Of a stretch of 64,000 bases of DNA, positions 36,959 to 46,772 are shown piece after piece (positions within the stretch are counted from its first letter, which is position 1; the number at the start of each line of letters is the position of its first letter). This DNA is from PVC group bacterium. Its GTDB lineage: Bacteria > Auribacterota > Erginobacteria > Erginobacterales > Erginobacteraceae. Under the pieces are notes generated by a model. It had not been told where the DNA came from. It was given only the letters and a program-made list of their open reading frames with translations, and ran no database searches. The DNA is taken from the NCBI GenBank assembly GCA_040773245.1, contig JAXGWO010000012.1:5292-69291 (forward strand), in the 5' to 3' direction. The position numbers and the translations under genes are program-made.

Positions 36959-37810
36959 TTATTTGACGATGTTTTTCGTGAACTTTCGGGTCAGCCGGCG
37001 GGAGAGGAGGCTGACCAGGAGGATGACGACGGTCAGGATCAGGGCCGAGGCGTAGGCCCGGCCCTGGACCTCGGGGAAGGGGGTGCCGAGCTGGAAGAAG
37101 ATCGCCAGGGGCAGCGTAGCCGCGGGGCGGAGCAGGGATCCCGGGATGGAGTCGGAGAAGCCGGCGGTGAAGATGACCGAGGCGGCATCCCCGATCCCCC
37201 GCCCGAAGGCGATCAGGACGGCGGTCAGCAGCCCCGGCAGGGACTGGCGGAGAACCACCCGCAGCGCCGTCTCCAGCCGGGTGGCGCCGAGGGCGAAGGA
37301 GGCGGTGAAGAGACCTTCCGGGATCATCCGGACCGCCTCGTCCATCGCCCGGCTCATCACCGGGAAGATCAGCAGCGCCACCGCGATAATCCCCCCGAGC
37401 AGGGAGGCCCGCAGGCCGAGGGCGAGCATCAGGGTGAAGCCGAAGGCCCCGTAGACGATCGAGGGCACCCCCCAGAGGACGTCGAGGGAGAACCGGACCG
37501 CCGAGGCCCGGCGGGAGCCGCGGCGGAGATAGACATTGAGACAGATCACCACCGGGAGGCTGATCAGCAGGGCGATGACCGTGGCCCCGGCGGTCAGGTA
37601 GAGGGAGCCGACGATGGCGTTGAGCACCCCGCCCTCCTTGCCCAGGTAATACCCGCCGGCCGGGGTCCGGGTCACCATCTCCAGGCTGAGGTGGGGGAAT
37701 CCCTTGACCGCCACCGTGACCAGGATCAGCAGGAGGCACCCGAGGATGACCGCGGTGGAGGAGACCATCAGGGCAAGGGCGATCCGTTCCCGGATCTTCC
37801 GCCGGTTCAT
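36959..37810 (-). CDS. pstA: Phosphate ABC transporter permease
   Basis: GGVLNAIVGS, GVPSIVYG, ASFALGAT, GRGIGD. Confidence 0.9.
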   Translation of the reverse strand: MNRRKIRERIALALMVSSTAVILGCLLLILVTVAVKGFPHLSLEMVTRTPAGGYYLGKEGGVLNAIVGSLYLTAGATVIALLISLPVVICLNVYLRRGSRRASAVRFSLDVLWGVPSIVYGAFGFTLMLALGLRASLLGGIIAVALLIFPVMSRAMDEAVRMIPEGLFTASFALGATRLETALRVVLRQSLPGLLTAVLIAFGRGIGDAASVIFTAGFSDSIPGSLLRPAATLPLAIFFQLGTPFPEVQGRAYASALILTVVILLVSLLSRRLTRKFTKNIVK

Positions 37811-37811
37811 C

Positions 37812-38711
37812 TCACTCGATCCTCCTCTCCACCCGGGCCAGGACGACCCGGGAGACGACGTTGAAGAAGACGACCACCAGCAGCAGGACCAGGGCGGAGA
37901 AGAGGAGCGCGGAGTCGTAGAGGGGGATGGAGAGCATCTCCCCGTAATTGTTGGCGATCAGGGCGGGGAGGGGGTAGGCCGGGTCGAAGAGCGAGGAGGG
38001 GACCCGGGCCACGTTCCCGGCCACCATCAGCACGGCCATTGTCTCCCCGAAGGCCCGGGAGAGGCCGAGAGCCACGGCGGCGATCACCCCGGGGAAGGCC
38101 TTGCGTCCGGTGACGCGGCGGACCGTCTCCCAGCGGGTCGCCCCCAGGGCCAGCGAGGCTTCCCGCAACCCCGCCGGGACCGTGGCGAAGACCTCCAGGC
38201 AGACGTGGATGATCACGGGGAAGATCATAATCGCCAGCACCACCCCCCCGGCCAGGACCGAGTAACCGGAGGAGGAGACGCCGAAGAAGGGGGCCAGCCA
38301 TCCCTGGATCAGGGGCACCACCACCAGCACCCCCCAGATCCCGAAGATCACCGAGGGGATGCCGGCCAGGAGGTCGATCAGGGGTTTGACTCCCTCCCGC
38401 AGCCGCGGGGGGCTGTACTCGGCCAGCCAGACGGCGGCCAGGACGCAGAGGGGGACGGCGATCGCCACCGCCGTCGCGGTCACCCAGAGGGTGCCGGCGA
38501 TGAAGGGGAAGAAGCCGAACTCGCCCCTGAGGGGACGCCAGGAGGAAGAGAGGAGGAGAGCGGAGAGGGATCGGCCGGACAGGACCGGCCGGGAGCGGAG
38601 GTAGAGTCCGGCCGCGATCACCAGCACCAGCAGGGAGCCGCCGGCGGTGATCAGGGCCAGGATCCGGGCCGCCCGGCGGTCCCGGGCCGCTCTCCGGCCG
38701 GTCCGGCTCAC
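37812..38711 (-). CDS. pstC: Phosphate ABC transporter permease
   Basis: LAGIPSVIFG, EASLALGATRWET, RAFGETMAVLMV; GTG start overlapping the pstS stop. Confidence 0.9.
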   Translation of the reverse strand: MSRTGRRAARDRRAARILALITAGGSLLVLVIAAGLYLRSRPVLSGRSLSALLLSSSWRPLRGEFGFFPFIAGTLWVTATAVAIAVPLCVLAAVWLAEYSPPRLREGVKPLIDLLAGIPSVIFGIWGVLVVVPLIQGWLAPFFGVSSSGYSVLAGGVVLAIMIFPVIIHVCLEVFATVPAGLREASLALGATRWETVRRVTGRKAFPGVIAAVALGLSRAFGETMAVLMVAGNVARVPSSLFDPAYPLPALIANNYGEMLSIPLYDSALLFSALVLLLVVVFFNVVSRVVLARVERRIE

Positions 38712-39694
38712 CGGGTTCCGCCACCCTCCGGCGCGGCGGCCGGTTCCAGCCGGAGCCGAGCCTCGCCGATCTTCTCGGGGGCCAGACGGACGTAACCCGC
38801 CTCCACGACCAGGTCCTGGCCATCGGAGAGGACCCAGTGGAGGAAGGCCCGCACCGTTTCGCCCTCCGGCCGGCCCCGGGAGGTGAAGTGGAGGTCGCGG
38901 GCCGGGGGGGAGGGGTAGCGGCCGTCGGCGATGGCGGCCCCGATCCCGCCCAGGCTGCCGTAGAAATCCTCCTCCGGTTCCACCCGCCCGCTGCCGTCGA
39001 GGTCGATCGGGATCACCATCAATCCGGGGACCTGTCCTCCCGACTTCAGGTCGTAGGCGTAGTTGATGTTGTTGAAGCCGATCCCGCCGAAGTCCCGCCG
39101 GACCGCCTGGGCCAGGCCGGGGTCGCCGTAGACCCCGACCCCGTGCAGGTCCTCCTGCTCCCCGCCCAGGTACCGGGCCCAGACCTCGGCCGCGCCGCAG
39201 GCGTCGGAACGGGTGTAGACGGCCATATCCGGCACCCGGCCGGCCCGGGGAGAGGGGGGCCAGCCGGTCGTCTCGCCCCGCAGCCAGACGGCGGCGAACT
39301 CCTCCCGGGTCATCCCCCGTTCCCGGACGGCCGCGGCGGCCGGGTTCTCCCGGTTCATCACCGGGACCACGGCGTCCTTGGCCACCGCCACCCACCAGGC
39401 GCCCGCCGCGATCTCGGCCGGGTTGATCTCCCGGGAGACCATCCCCAGGTCAACCACCCCGCCCAGGGAGTCGGCCATCCCTTTCCCCGCCCCCCCGGCC
39501 GAGATGTCGATCCGGACGCCGGGGTGGATCTTCTTGAACTCCTCGGCCCAGCGGACCGCCAGGGGGTAGAGGGCCCAGGCCCCGGAGATGGTGATCGTCC
39601 CCTGTAACTCCCCGGGGGCGGACCGCCGGCGGCAGCCGGACCCGGCGGCGAGAATTATTGCGGCCGTCAAAACCAGGATCCATATTCTTTTCAT
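38708..39694 (-). CDS. pstS: Phosphate ABC transporter substrate-binding lipoprotein
   Basis: Lipobox GSGC; ISGAWALYP, GGAGKG, MVSRE, RSDACGA, YPSPPARDL. Confidence 0.85.
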   Translation of the reverse strand: MKRIWILVLTAAIILAAGSGCRRRSAPGELQGTITISGAWALYPLAVRWAEEFKKIHPGVRIDISAGGAGKGMADSLGGVVDLGMVSREINPAEIAAGAWWVAVAKDAVVPVMNRENPAAAAVRERGMTREEFAAVWLRGETTGWPPSPRAGRVPDMAVYTRSDACGAAEVWARYLGGEQEDLHGVGVYGDPGLAQAVRRDFGGIGFNNINYAYDLKSGGQVPGLMVIPIDLDGSGRVEPEEDFYGSLGGIGAAIADGRYPSPPARDLHFTSRGRPEGETVRAFLHWVLSDGQDLVVEAGYVRLAPEKIGEARLRLEPAAAPEGGGTR

Positions 39695-39723
39695 GGTCGT
39701 TCTCCGTATTGGCGTTTGCCCGG

Positions 39724-40404
39724 TCAGAATGAGAGCCGGACTGAGGTGAACAGGACATTGGTGAAATCCCAGCTGCCGGTGGAGGCCGATTTCTTCCCGA
39801 CATTCCGGTAGGCGGCGGTGACCCCGAAGGGTCCCAGCACCTGGAGATTCGCCCCAATCGTGGCCCGGTTCTCCGAGAAGGTGTCCCGCCCGTCTTCAAA
39901 ATCGAAATTGAAAAAGAACTCGTTCTCCGTATAGAAAATGAGCGGTTTCAAGCCCAACCTGGCCAGGGGGAAATCCAATCGCGGCCGGACCCGGAGCGTC
40001 CACTTGTAGCGGGTGTTGTCGTATTCGATCCGGTTGTTCTCCCGCAGGACCAGCCAGTCGGCCGCCTGGTACTGGAAATCCAGGTTCCCGACGTAGGTGT
40101 CGGTATAGACCCAGGGTGAATCCTTGTCCTTCCGGACTTCCTTGTACCAGAAGTGGCCGCCCACCGCGATCCCGGGGAGAAGAGAGTAGGTGCCGCCGGT
40201 TATTGCCGACCGGTAGTAGATATCCTTCAGATCGTTCTTCCAGCGGAAGAGCCCCTCGACGTTGAGGCGGATTTCCGGGGTCGGGCGGTAGCTGACCGGG
40301 GTGGTAAACCACCACTCCCAGTCATCCTTCGCCGCGGCCGGCCCCGATCCGGCCAGACAATACGCGGCCACCAGTGCACCGGCGAGCAAGATGGATTGTT
40401 TCAT
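39724..40404 (-). CDS. Outer-membrane beta-barrel protein (DUF2490-like)
   Basis: Signal peptide, alternating beta strands, R.EY, NEFFF, NR motifs, C-terminal Phe. Confidence 0.7.
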   Translation of the reverse strand: MKQSILLAGALVAAYCLAGSGPAAAKDDWEWWFTTPVSYRPTPEIRLNVEGLFRWKNDLKDIYYRSAITGGTYSLLPGIAVGGHFWYKEVRKDKDSPWVYTDTYVGNLDFQYQAADWLVLRENNRIEYDNTRYKWTLRVRPRLDFPLARLGLKPLIFYTENEFFFNFDFEDGRDTFSENRATIGANLQVLGPFGVTAAYRNVGKKSASTGSWDFTNVLFTSVRLSF

Positions 40405-40453
40405 CGTTCTAACCCCCTTTTCGGTTTGGCCCCGGCGGGCCCGGTTTATCTTA

Positions 40454-40478
40454 TATTATCTATAGAGATAGTAGAATA
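40454..40478. promoter_or_regulatory. Candidate Rrf2 operator upstream of the porin-pst operon
   Basis: AT-rich imperfect palindrome TATTATCTATAGAGATAGTAGAATA; related TATTATCTCTATGGG box upstream of the rrf2 gene (~40950). Confidence 0.35.
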
Positions 40479-40493
40479 TCAAGGCAAAAAAAA

Positions 40494-40904
40494 TCAGGGC
40501 CGGGGGGCGAGATCCCCCAGGCTTTTCTTCTCCAGGATCCCGGCCAGCGCCTCCCGGACCTCGGCCATCACCCCGTGGAGGCCGCAGATCTTCTCCCGGG
40601 GGCAGCGGAGATGGGCGGTCTTGGAGACGCAGCGCAGCGGAGCCAGGGGGCCGTCGATCATCCGGATCACCCGGGCCAGGGAGACGGTGCGGGGGTCCTT
40701 GAGCAGGCGGTAGCCCCCGGCCGGCCCGCGCACGCTCTCGATCAACCCGGCTTTCCGCAGTTCGAGGAGGATCGCCTCGAGAAATTTCTTCGGGATCTGC
40801 TCCTCCCGGGCGATCTCCCGGATCGGGACCGGCCCTTCGCCCCGCCGCCGGACCAGGCAGCTCAGGGCTCGCAGGGCGTACTCGCCTTTCTTGGAAATCT
40901 TCAC
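40494..40904 (-). CDS. Rrf2-family transcriptional regulator with three Cys (IscR/CymR-like)
   Basis: YALRAL, FLEAILLELRKAGLIESVRGPAGGYRL, CVS...C....C. Confidence 0.92.
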   Translation of the reverse strand: MKISKKGEYALRALSCLVRRRGEGPVPIREIAREEQIPKKFLEAILLELRKAGLIESVRGPAGGYRLLKDPRTVSLARVIRMIDGPLAPLRCVSKTAHLRCPREKICGLHGVMAEVREALAGILEKKSLGDLAPRP

Positions 40905-41042
40905 GATGGGCCACTCTATCGGACCGGGTCCGGGAGGTCAAGAAAAAAATATTATCTCTATGGGAATTATATACTATCGAGGAAATAACCGCGGCGGGAA
41001 GCGGTCAACCCGGGAATCCCATCGGCTCGCCCGGTCAGGCGA

Positions 41043-41114
41043 TGGGCGCTGCTGGATTTGAACCAGCGGCATCTACCTTGTAAGGGTAGCGCTCTCCCGC
41101 TGAGCTAAGCGCCC
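41043..41114 (-). tRNA. tRNA-Val (TAC)
   Basis: Reverse complement GGGCGCTTAGCTCAGCGGGAGAGCGCTACCCTTACAAGGTAGATGCCGCTGGTTCAAATCCAGCAGCGCCCA folds as a cloverleaf. Confidence 0.95.
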
Positions 41115-41264
41115 GGATTGTCCCCCCGTCCGGGGGGTACATTGATAGACTACCGCTCCCGGAACCGGCCGTCAACCCCGGAGCCGGAAAACTCTCTTGT
41201 GAACCGGCCCGGTTTGCGCTATCTTTAAGCAGGACAAACCTGATCCAGGCATAACTTCGAGACA

Positions 41265-42398
41265 ATGTATCCCGAACAGCCGACAGAAGCCTTTGAGGAC
41301 GAGTTCAGTTTCCTGCGGCGGAAGCTCTCCCTGCTCAAGAAAGACTCGAAGAAGCGCAAGGAACTGATCCGCCGCCTGCGGGAGAAGTACCTCCAGTGCG
41401 CGGAGATCGTCGATCACCTCAAGGACGGCATCTTCATCGAGACCGCCCGGGGGGAGATCCTCGACGTCAACGCCGCCGTCTGCCGGATGCTTGGCTACAG
41501 CCGCGAGGAACTGCTGAAGATGACGGTCGGCGACCTGGTCCCCCCCGAGATCCGGGCCGCCCTCCCGGAGACGATCCAGGACCTGACCGTCCGGCACGGG
41601 GTCTACATCGAGACGGTCAACATCCGCAAGGACGGCACCCTCCTCCCGGTGGAGGTCTCGAACAGCCTGGTGGAGATCGGGGGCAAGAAACGGGTGATCG
41701 CGGTCATCCACGACATCACCGAGCGGATCGAGAACCGGAAGAAGCTCCTCGCCTCCCACGAGGAGCTGGAGGCGAAGGTCCGGAGACGGACCGAGGAGAT
41801 CCACCGGATCAACCAGGAACTGCGGGACGAGCACCGCCTCTTCGTCGCCGGTCCGACCGTGGTCCTGAAGTGGCGGGCCGTCCCCGGCTGGCCGGTGGAG
41901 TACGTCTCCCCCAACATCGAGAGCCAGTTCGGCTACCGGCCGGAGGAGTTCGGCGGGGGGGATTTCTTCTACGAGTCGATCATCCACCCGGAGGACCGGG
42001 ACCGGGTCGGCGAGGAGATCAAGGACCACGTGGCCGCCGGCCGGAACTCCTACGAGCAGGTTTACCGGATCGCCAGCCGCTCCGGCGAGTGGCGCTGGGT
42101 GAGCGACTACACCGTGGTGGTCCGCTCCGCCGCCGGCGAGATCACCCATTACCACGGCTACGTCCTCGACATCACCGAGCGGCGAGCGGCCGAGGAGGAG
42201 CTGCGGCGCCACCGGGAACACCTGGAGGAGCTGGTCGAGAAGCGGACCGCCGAACTGACCGGGATGATCGACGCGATGGCCCGCCGGGTGGTCCGGACCG
42301 CCGACCTCGAGCTGGCCGTGGAGCGCCTGAAGAGGCAGCTCGAGGCGGCCGGCCTCGACCCCGCCGCCGGCGAAAGTCCGCGCCCGCCCTCCGGATGA
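41265..42398 (+). CDS. PAS-domain sensor protein (two PAS domains plus coiled coils, no output domain)
   Basis: VNAAVCRMLGYSREEL...RKDG...DITER; second PAS IHPEDR...WRWV...DITER. Confidence 0.88.
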   Translation: MYPEQPTEAFEDEFSFLRRKLSLLKKDSKKRKELIRRLREKYLQCAEIVDHLKDGIFIETARGEILDVNAAVCRMLGYSREELLKMTVGDLVPPEIRAALPETIQDLTVRHGVYIETVNIRKDGTLLPVEVSNSLVEIGGKKRVIAVIHDITERIENRKKLLASHEELEAKVRRRTEEIHRINQELRDEHRLFVAGPTVVLKWRAVPGWPVEYVSPNIESQFGYRPEEFGGGDFFYESIIHPEDRDRVGEEIKDHVAAGRNSYEQVYRIASRSGEWRWVSDYTVVVRSAAGEITHYHGYVLDITERRAAEEELRRHREHLEELVEKRTAELTGMIDAMARRVVRTADLELAVERLKRQLEAAGLDPAAGESPRPPSG

Positions 42399-42453
42399 AG
42401 TCCGGTTTTTCTGCCCGGCGCCCTTTCCCGTCCCCCGTGAAGGATCCGCAGGT

Positions 42454-45400
42454 ATGAATACAGATCAACCGTCGCCTCCCGCGGCCGGCCCCGGCGGGTT
42501 CACCGCGTCCCCCTTCCAGCTCTACCGGAGGATCCGGAACCGCTTCGGGCTGCGTCCCCTGCCGCGGAAACCGGGGGAAGCCTTCGACTTCGCCCAGGCG
42601 ATGGCCGCCTCGATCAACCGCTCCCGGGATGCCGCCGCCCACCCGGAGCGGGCGGTCCGGGCGGGAGAGGTCTCCGCCATCTGCCTGATCGACGCCATCT
42701 GCCACTACCTGGCCGGGGTTTACCACCTCCGGGAGAACCCCGGGGTCCTCCCCCGGGGGGTGGCGTCGGCGCGGAGGAAGTTCGGTTCCGGGCCGCTGGA
42801 GGGGACCCTGGTCCGGATGATCGAGACCCTGCCCGGGCTCAACCATCCCCCGCCGGAGGTGGCCCCGGCCGACTGGCTGGAGGGGGGGGAGGGGACCCCG
42901 CCGCCCCGGCAGGAGGTCTGGAGCGAGCTGCTCCTGCTCGACCTGGCGGCCGGCAACCCGGCCTTCGGCCCCCTCCACGACTTCTTCCCCGCCCGGGAGC
43001 TCTCCCGGCAGACCCCCTACCCGGAGGTGGTCGCCCACCAGGAAACCTACTACCGCCGCCATCCGGTCTTCGGGCCGGAGAAACTCCCCCTCCCGCGGTT
43101 TCTCCGCCGCCCGGCCGAGGTATCTCCGAACTCCCTTCCCGGCCAGCTGGACTACATCCGCCAGAACTGGGCGGCCCTCCTCCCCCCCGAACTGCTCGAG
43201 GCCCTGGCCCTGACCCGGGACATCATCCGGGAGGAGGAGAAGCTGCGGCTGGCCGGCCCGGGACCGGCCGCCGTCCCGGCCGGCCCGGGGGCCGGTTTCG
43301 GCCCCGGCGGCCCGGCCGGGTCCGGGCGCGAGCTTTACGAACGGTTCAGCCCCGACCTCGACTGGATGCCCCGGGTGGTTCTGATGGTGAAGAACGCCTC
43401 GGTCTGGCTGAGCCAGCTCTCCCGCCGTTACGGGCGGACCATCACCCGCCTCGACGGGATCCCGGATCAGGAACTCGACACCCTGGCCGCCTGGGGTTTC
43501 ACCAGCCTGTGGCTGATCGGGATCTGGGAGCGGTCGACGGCCTCGAAGAAGATCAAGCGGCTCTGCGGCAACCCGGAGGCCGACGCCTCCGCCTATTCCC
43601 TGCGCGACTACTCCGTCTCCGGCGACCTCGGCGGCTGGCCGGCCCTCGACGACCTCAAGCGGAGGGCCTGGGAGCGGGGGATCCGGATCGCCTGCGATAT
43701 GGTCCCCAACCATATGGGGATCGACTCCCGCTGGGTGGTCGAGCACCCGGGCTGGTTCATCCAGGCCGACCGGCCCCCCTTCCCCAACTACCGCTTCACC
43801 GGTCCCGACCTCTCCTCCGACCCCCGGGTGGCGATCCGCCTCGAGGACGGTTACTGGGAACGGTCCGACGCCGCCGTCGTCTTCCAGCGGGTCGACCGGG
43901 TGACCGGCGAGACCCGCTATGTCTACCACGGCAACGACGGCACCAGTATGCCCTGGAACGACACCGCCCAGCTCAACTTCCTGCTGGCCGAGGTCCGCGA
44001 GGCGGTGATCCGGACCATCCTCCACGTCGCGCGCTCCTTCTCGGTGATCCGCTTCGACGCCGCGATGGTCCTGGCCAAGCAGCACTTCCAGCGGCTCTGG
44101 TACCCGCCGCCGGGGGAGGGGGGGGCGATCCCCTCCCGCTCCGGGCGGGGGGTCGCCCGGAGCGAGTTCGAGAAGCTCTTCCCGGTCGAGTTCTGGCGGG
44201 AGGTGGTCGACCGGGTGGCCCAGGAGGTGCCCCAGACCCTGCTCCTGGCCGAGGCCTTCTGGATGCTCGAGGGCTACTTCGTCCGGAGCCTGGGGATGCA
44301 CCGGGTCTACAACAGCGCGTTTATGAATATGCTGAAGATGGAGATGAACGACGGGTACCGGCAGGTGGTGAAGGAGATGCTGGAGTTCGATCCCCAGATC
44401 CTGAAGCGGTTCGCCAACTTTATGTCCAACCCCGACGAGGCGACCGCGATCGCCCAGTTCGGCAAGGGCGACAAGTACTTCGGGGTCTGCACGCTGCTGG
44501 CCACGATGCCGGGGATGCCGCTCTTCGGCCACGGCCAGGTCGAGGGCCTGACCGAGAAGTACGGGATGGAGTATCGCCGGGCCTACTGGGACGAGCCGGT
44601 CGACGGCTTCCTGGTCCGGCGCCACGAGACCGAGATCTTCCCCCTGCTCAAGAAGCGCCATCTCTTCTCCGACGTGGCCAACTTCTACCTCTACGACTTC
44701 TACCGCGACGACGGCTCGGTCAGCGAGGACGTCTTCGCCTACTCCAACCGCTACGAGAACGAGCGCTCCCTGGTCGTCTACAACAACCGCTACCTCAACA
44801 CCGCCGGCTGGATCCGGGTCTCCGCCGCCCGGCTGGAGAAGGGGAAGAGCGGGAAGGGGAAACTGGTCCGGGTCGACCTCGCGCAGGGCCTGGGCCTGCG
44901 GGCCGGCGACGACGACTACACCATCTTCCACGACGTCCGGACCGGCCTGGAGTACGTCCGGCCCAGCCGGGAGCTGCGGGAGAAGGGGATGTCGCTGAAG
45001 CTGCGGGCCTACCAGACCCACGTCTTCCTCGACATCCGCGAGGTCCGCGACGACGAGCAGGGCTTCCTGGCCAAGCTCTGCCTCTCCCTGCAGGGGAGAG
45101 GGGTGGAGAATATCAGCGACGCCCTGAAGAAGATCCACTTTGCCCCGATCTACGCCGCCTTCCGGGCGGCCGCCGGCGCGGAGATCTACGGCGACCTCTT
45201 CCGCCTGGCCGCCGCCAGCGATTCCTTTGCCGCCCTGGCCGCCGCCGCGGCCCAGCGGGCGGCCGGACCCCTGGAGGCCCTCTTCCGCGAGGTGATCACC
45301 CGCCGGGCGGTGGCGGGCGACCCGGCGGTCGAGGCGGTCCGGGAGCTCGACTTCATCCGGGCTGTCCTGGTGATGGTCCCGTCGGCCAAGTTCCCCGGCT

Positions 45401-46089
45401 GGGCCTCCAGCCGGTACAGCCGTCCCGCCCTGAAGCGCCTCCTGGCCGCCGCCCCGCCCGAACCCGGCCCGCAGGCGGGCTTCTTCCGGATCATCCTCAC
45501 CTGGCACCTGCTCTCCTCGGTGGGGAGGATCCTGTCCGGAAAGCGGAAGGGCACCCAGTACCTCTGGCTGCGGGACTGGTTCCTCGGCGAGCAGATCGTC
45601 CGCGGCTTCCAGGAGATGGGCTGCGACTGGGACTCCGCCCGCCGGGAACTGGACCTGATCACCATTCTCCTGCGCCACCTCCCCCGGATGCTGAAGGTCC
45701 GGACCAAGAACGACCTCCACCGGCTGGATCCGCTCTTCAAGGACACCGAGGTCCGCCGCTTCCTCCTCTACAACTGGGACCGCGACATCCTCTGGTTCAG
45801 CCGGGAGCGGCTCGACGACCTGCTCTTCTGGCTGACCGCCGCCGCCGCGGTCCTCCGGGCGGCCGACGGCTGGGACGGGAAGACCCCGCCCCGGGTCCGG
45901 GGGCTGGTCCACCTGCGGGCCGCCGACACCCTGAGGCAGCTGGCCGCCGAGTCCGGCTACCGGGTAAAGGAGTTCCGCGAACTCCTCGCCGCCCGCCCCC
46001 GGAAGCGCCAGAGCTCCCCCCGGAAGAAGAAGCCGGTCGCGAAAGCGGGAGAAGAAGCGAAACCCGATCAACAGGAGGAAGAGAAATGA
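42454..46089 (+). CDS. Large alpha-amylase family (GH13) protein
   Basis: WLIGIWERS, DMVPNH, PWNDTAQL, RFDAAM, LAEAFW, SNPDE. Confidence 0.88.
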   Translation: MNTDQPSPPAAGPGGFTASPFQLYRRIRNRFGLRPLPRKPGEAFDFAQAMAASINRSRDAAAHPERAVRAGEVSAICLIDAICHYLAGVYHLRENPGVLPRGVASARRKFGSGPLEGTLVRMIETLPGLNHPPPEVAPADWLEGGEGTPPPRQEVWSELLLLDLAAGNPAFGPLHDFFPARELSRQTPYPEVVAHQETYYRRHPVFGPEKLPLPRFLRRPAEVSPNSLPGQLDYIRQNWAALLPPELLEALALTRDIIREEEKLRLAGPGPAAVPAGPGAGFGPGGPAGSGRELYERFSPDLDWMPRVVLMVKNASVWLSQLSRRYGRTITRLDGIPDQELDTLAAWGFTSLWLIGIWERSTASKKIKRLCGNPEADASAYSLRDYSVSGDLGGWPALDDLKRRAWERGIRIACDMVPNHMGIDSRWVVEHPGWFIQADRPPFPNYRFTGPDLSSDPRVAIRLEDGYWERSDAAVVFQRVDRVTGETRYVYHGNDGTSMPWNDTAQLNFLLAEVREAVIRTILHVARSFSVIRFDAAMVLAKQHFQRLWYPPPGEGGAIPSRSGRGVARSEFEKLFPVEFWREVVDRVAQEVPQTLLLAEAFWMLEGYFVRSLGMHRVYNSAFMNMLKMEMNDGYRQVVKEMLEFDPQILKRFANFMSNPDEATAIAQFGKGDKYFGVCTLLATMPGMPLFGHGQVEGLTEKYGMEYRRAYWDEPVDGFLVRRHETEIFPLLKKRHLFSDVANFYLYDFYRDDGSVSEDVFAYSNRYENERSLVVYNNRYLNTAGWIRVSAARLEKGKSGKGKLVRVDLAQGLGLRAGDDDYTIFHDVRTGLEYVRPSRELREKGMSLKLRAYQTHVFLDIREVRDDEQGFLAKLCLSLQGRGVENISDALKKIHFAPIYAAFRAAAGAEIYGDLFRLAAASDSFAALAAAAAQRAAGPLEALFREVITRRAVAGDPAVEAVRELDFIRAVLVMVPSAKFPGWASSRYSRPALKRLLAAAPPEPGPQAGFFRIILTWHLLSSVGRILSGKRKGTQYLWLRDWFLGEQIVRGFQEMGCDWDSARRELDLITILLRHLPRMLKVRTKNDLHRLDPLFKDTEVRRFLLYNWDRDILWFSRERLDDLLFWLTAAAAVLRAADGWDGKTPPRVRGLVHLRAADTLRQLAAESGYRVKEFRELLAARPRKRQSSPRKKKPVAKAGEEAKPDQQEEEK

Positions 46090-46772
46090 CCGAGATGAAA
46101 TACGACCGGGAACTGGCGTCGATCATCGACCACACCCTGCTCGACCCCCAGGCGACCAAGGGGGACTTCGATAAGCTGGTGGAGGAGGCGAAGCAGTACC
46201 ACTTCCGCTCGGTCTGTGTCCACTCCAGCAACGTCGAGTACGTGGCCGGGCTGCTCCGGGGCTCGGACGTGATCCCGATCGCCGTGGTCGGCTTCCCCCA
46301 CGGGCAGATGACGGCGGTGGCCAAGGCCTTCGAGGCCCACGACGCCATCACCAACCGGGGGGCTAGGGAGATCGATATGGTCATCAACATCTCCGCCCTG
46401 AAGAGCAAGCACTACCGGATGGTCTTCGACGACATCCGCCAGGTGGTCCGGGCCTGCGAGGACCATCCGGTCAAGGTGATCCTGGAGACCGCCTCCCTGA
46501 CCGAGTCCGAGAAGATCTGCGGCTGCTGCCTGGCCAAGACGGCCGGGGCCCGGTTCGTCAAGACCTCGACCGGGACGGTGGAGGGCGGGGCGACCATCGA
46601 GGACGTCCGGCTGATCCGGGAGGTGGTCGGCGACGAGGTCCTGATCAAGGCCAGCGGGGGGATCAAGACCAGCCGGTTCGCCCACCAGCTGATGGAGGCG
46701 GGGGCCAGCCGGATCGGGACCAGCCACTCGGTCGAGCTGGTCACCGGGCAGGCGGCGGGGGAGGGCTATTGA
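46086..46772 (+). CDS. deoC: Deoxyribose-phosphate aldolase
   Basis: IDHTLL, VVGFPHG, EIDMVIN, KVILET, FVKTSTG, KASGGI, RIGTS. Confidence 0.96.
   Translation: MTEMKYDRELASIIDHTLLDPQATKGDFDKLVEEAKQYHFRSVCVHSSNVEYVAGLLRGSDVIPIAVVGFPHGQMTAVAKAFEAHDAITNRGAREIDMVINISALKSKHYRMVFDDIRQVVRACEDHPVKVILETASLTESEKICGCCLAKTAGARFVKTSTGTVEGGATIEDVRLIREVVGDEVLIKASGGIKTSRFAHQLMEAGASRIGTSHSVELVTGQAAGEGY

Noticed and set aside
41236-41260. AACCTGATCCAGGCATAA resembles part of a TPP riboswitch
   Set aside because: Lacks the upstream CTGAGA and downstream GCGNAGG elements, and precedes a PAS gene
42172-46071. 1299-aa minus-strand ORF and many other long antisense or alternate-frame ORFs (e.g. 15357-17108, 50415-53177, 59735-61711)
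   Set aside because: Shadow frames of GC-rich genes; they mirror well-supported CDS and have no recognisable motifs
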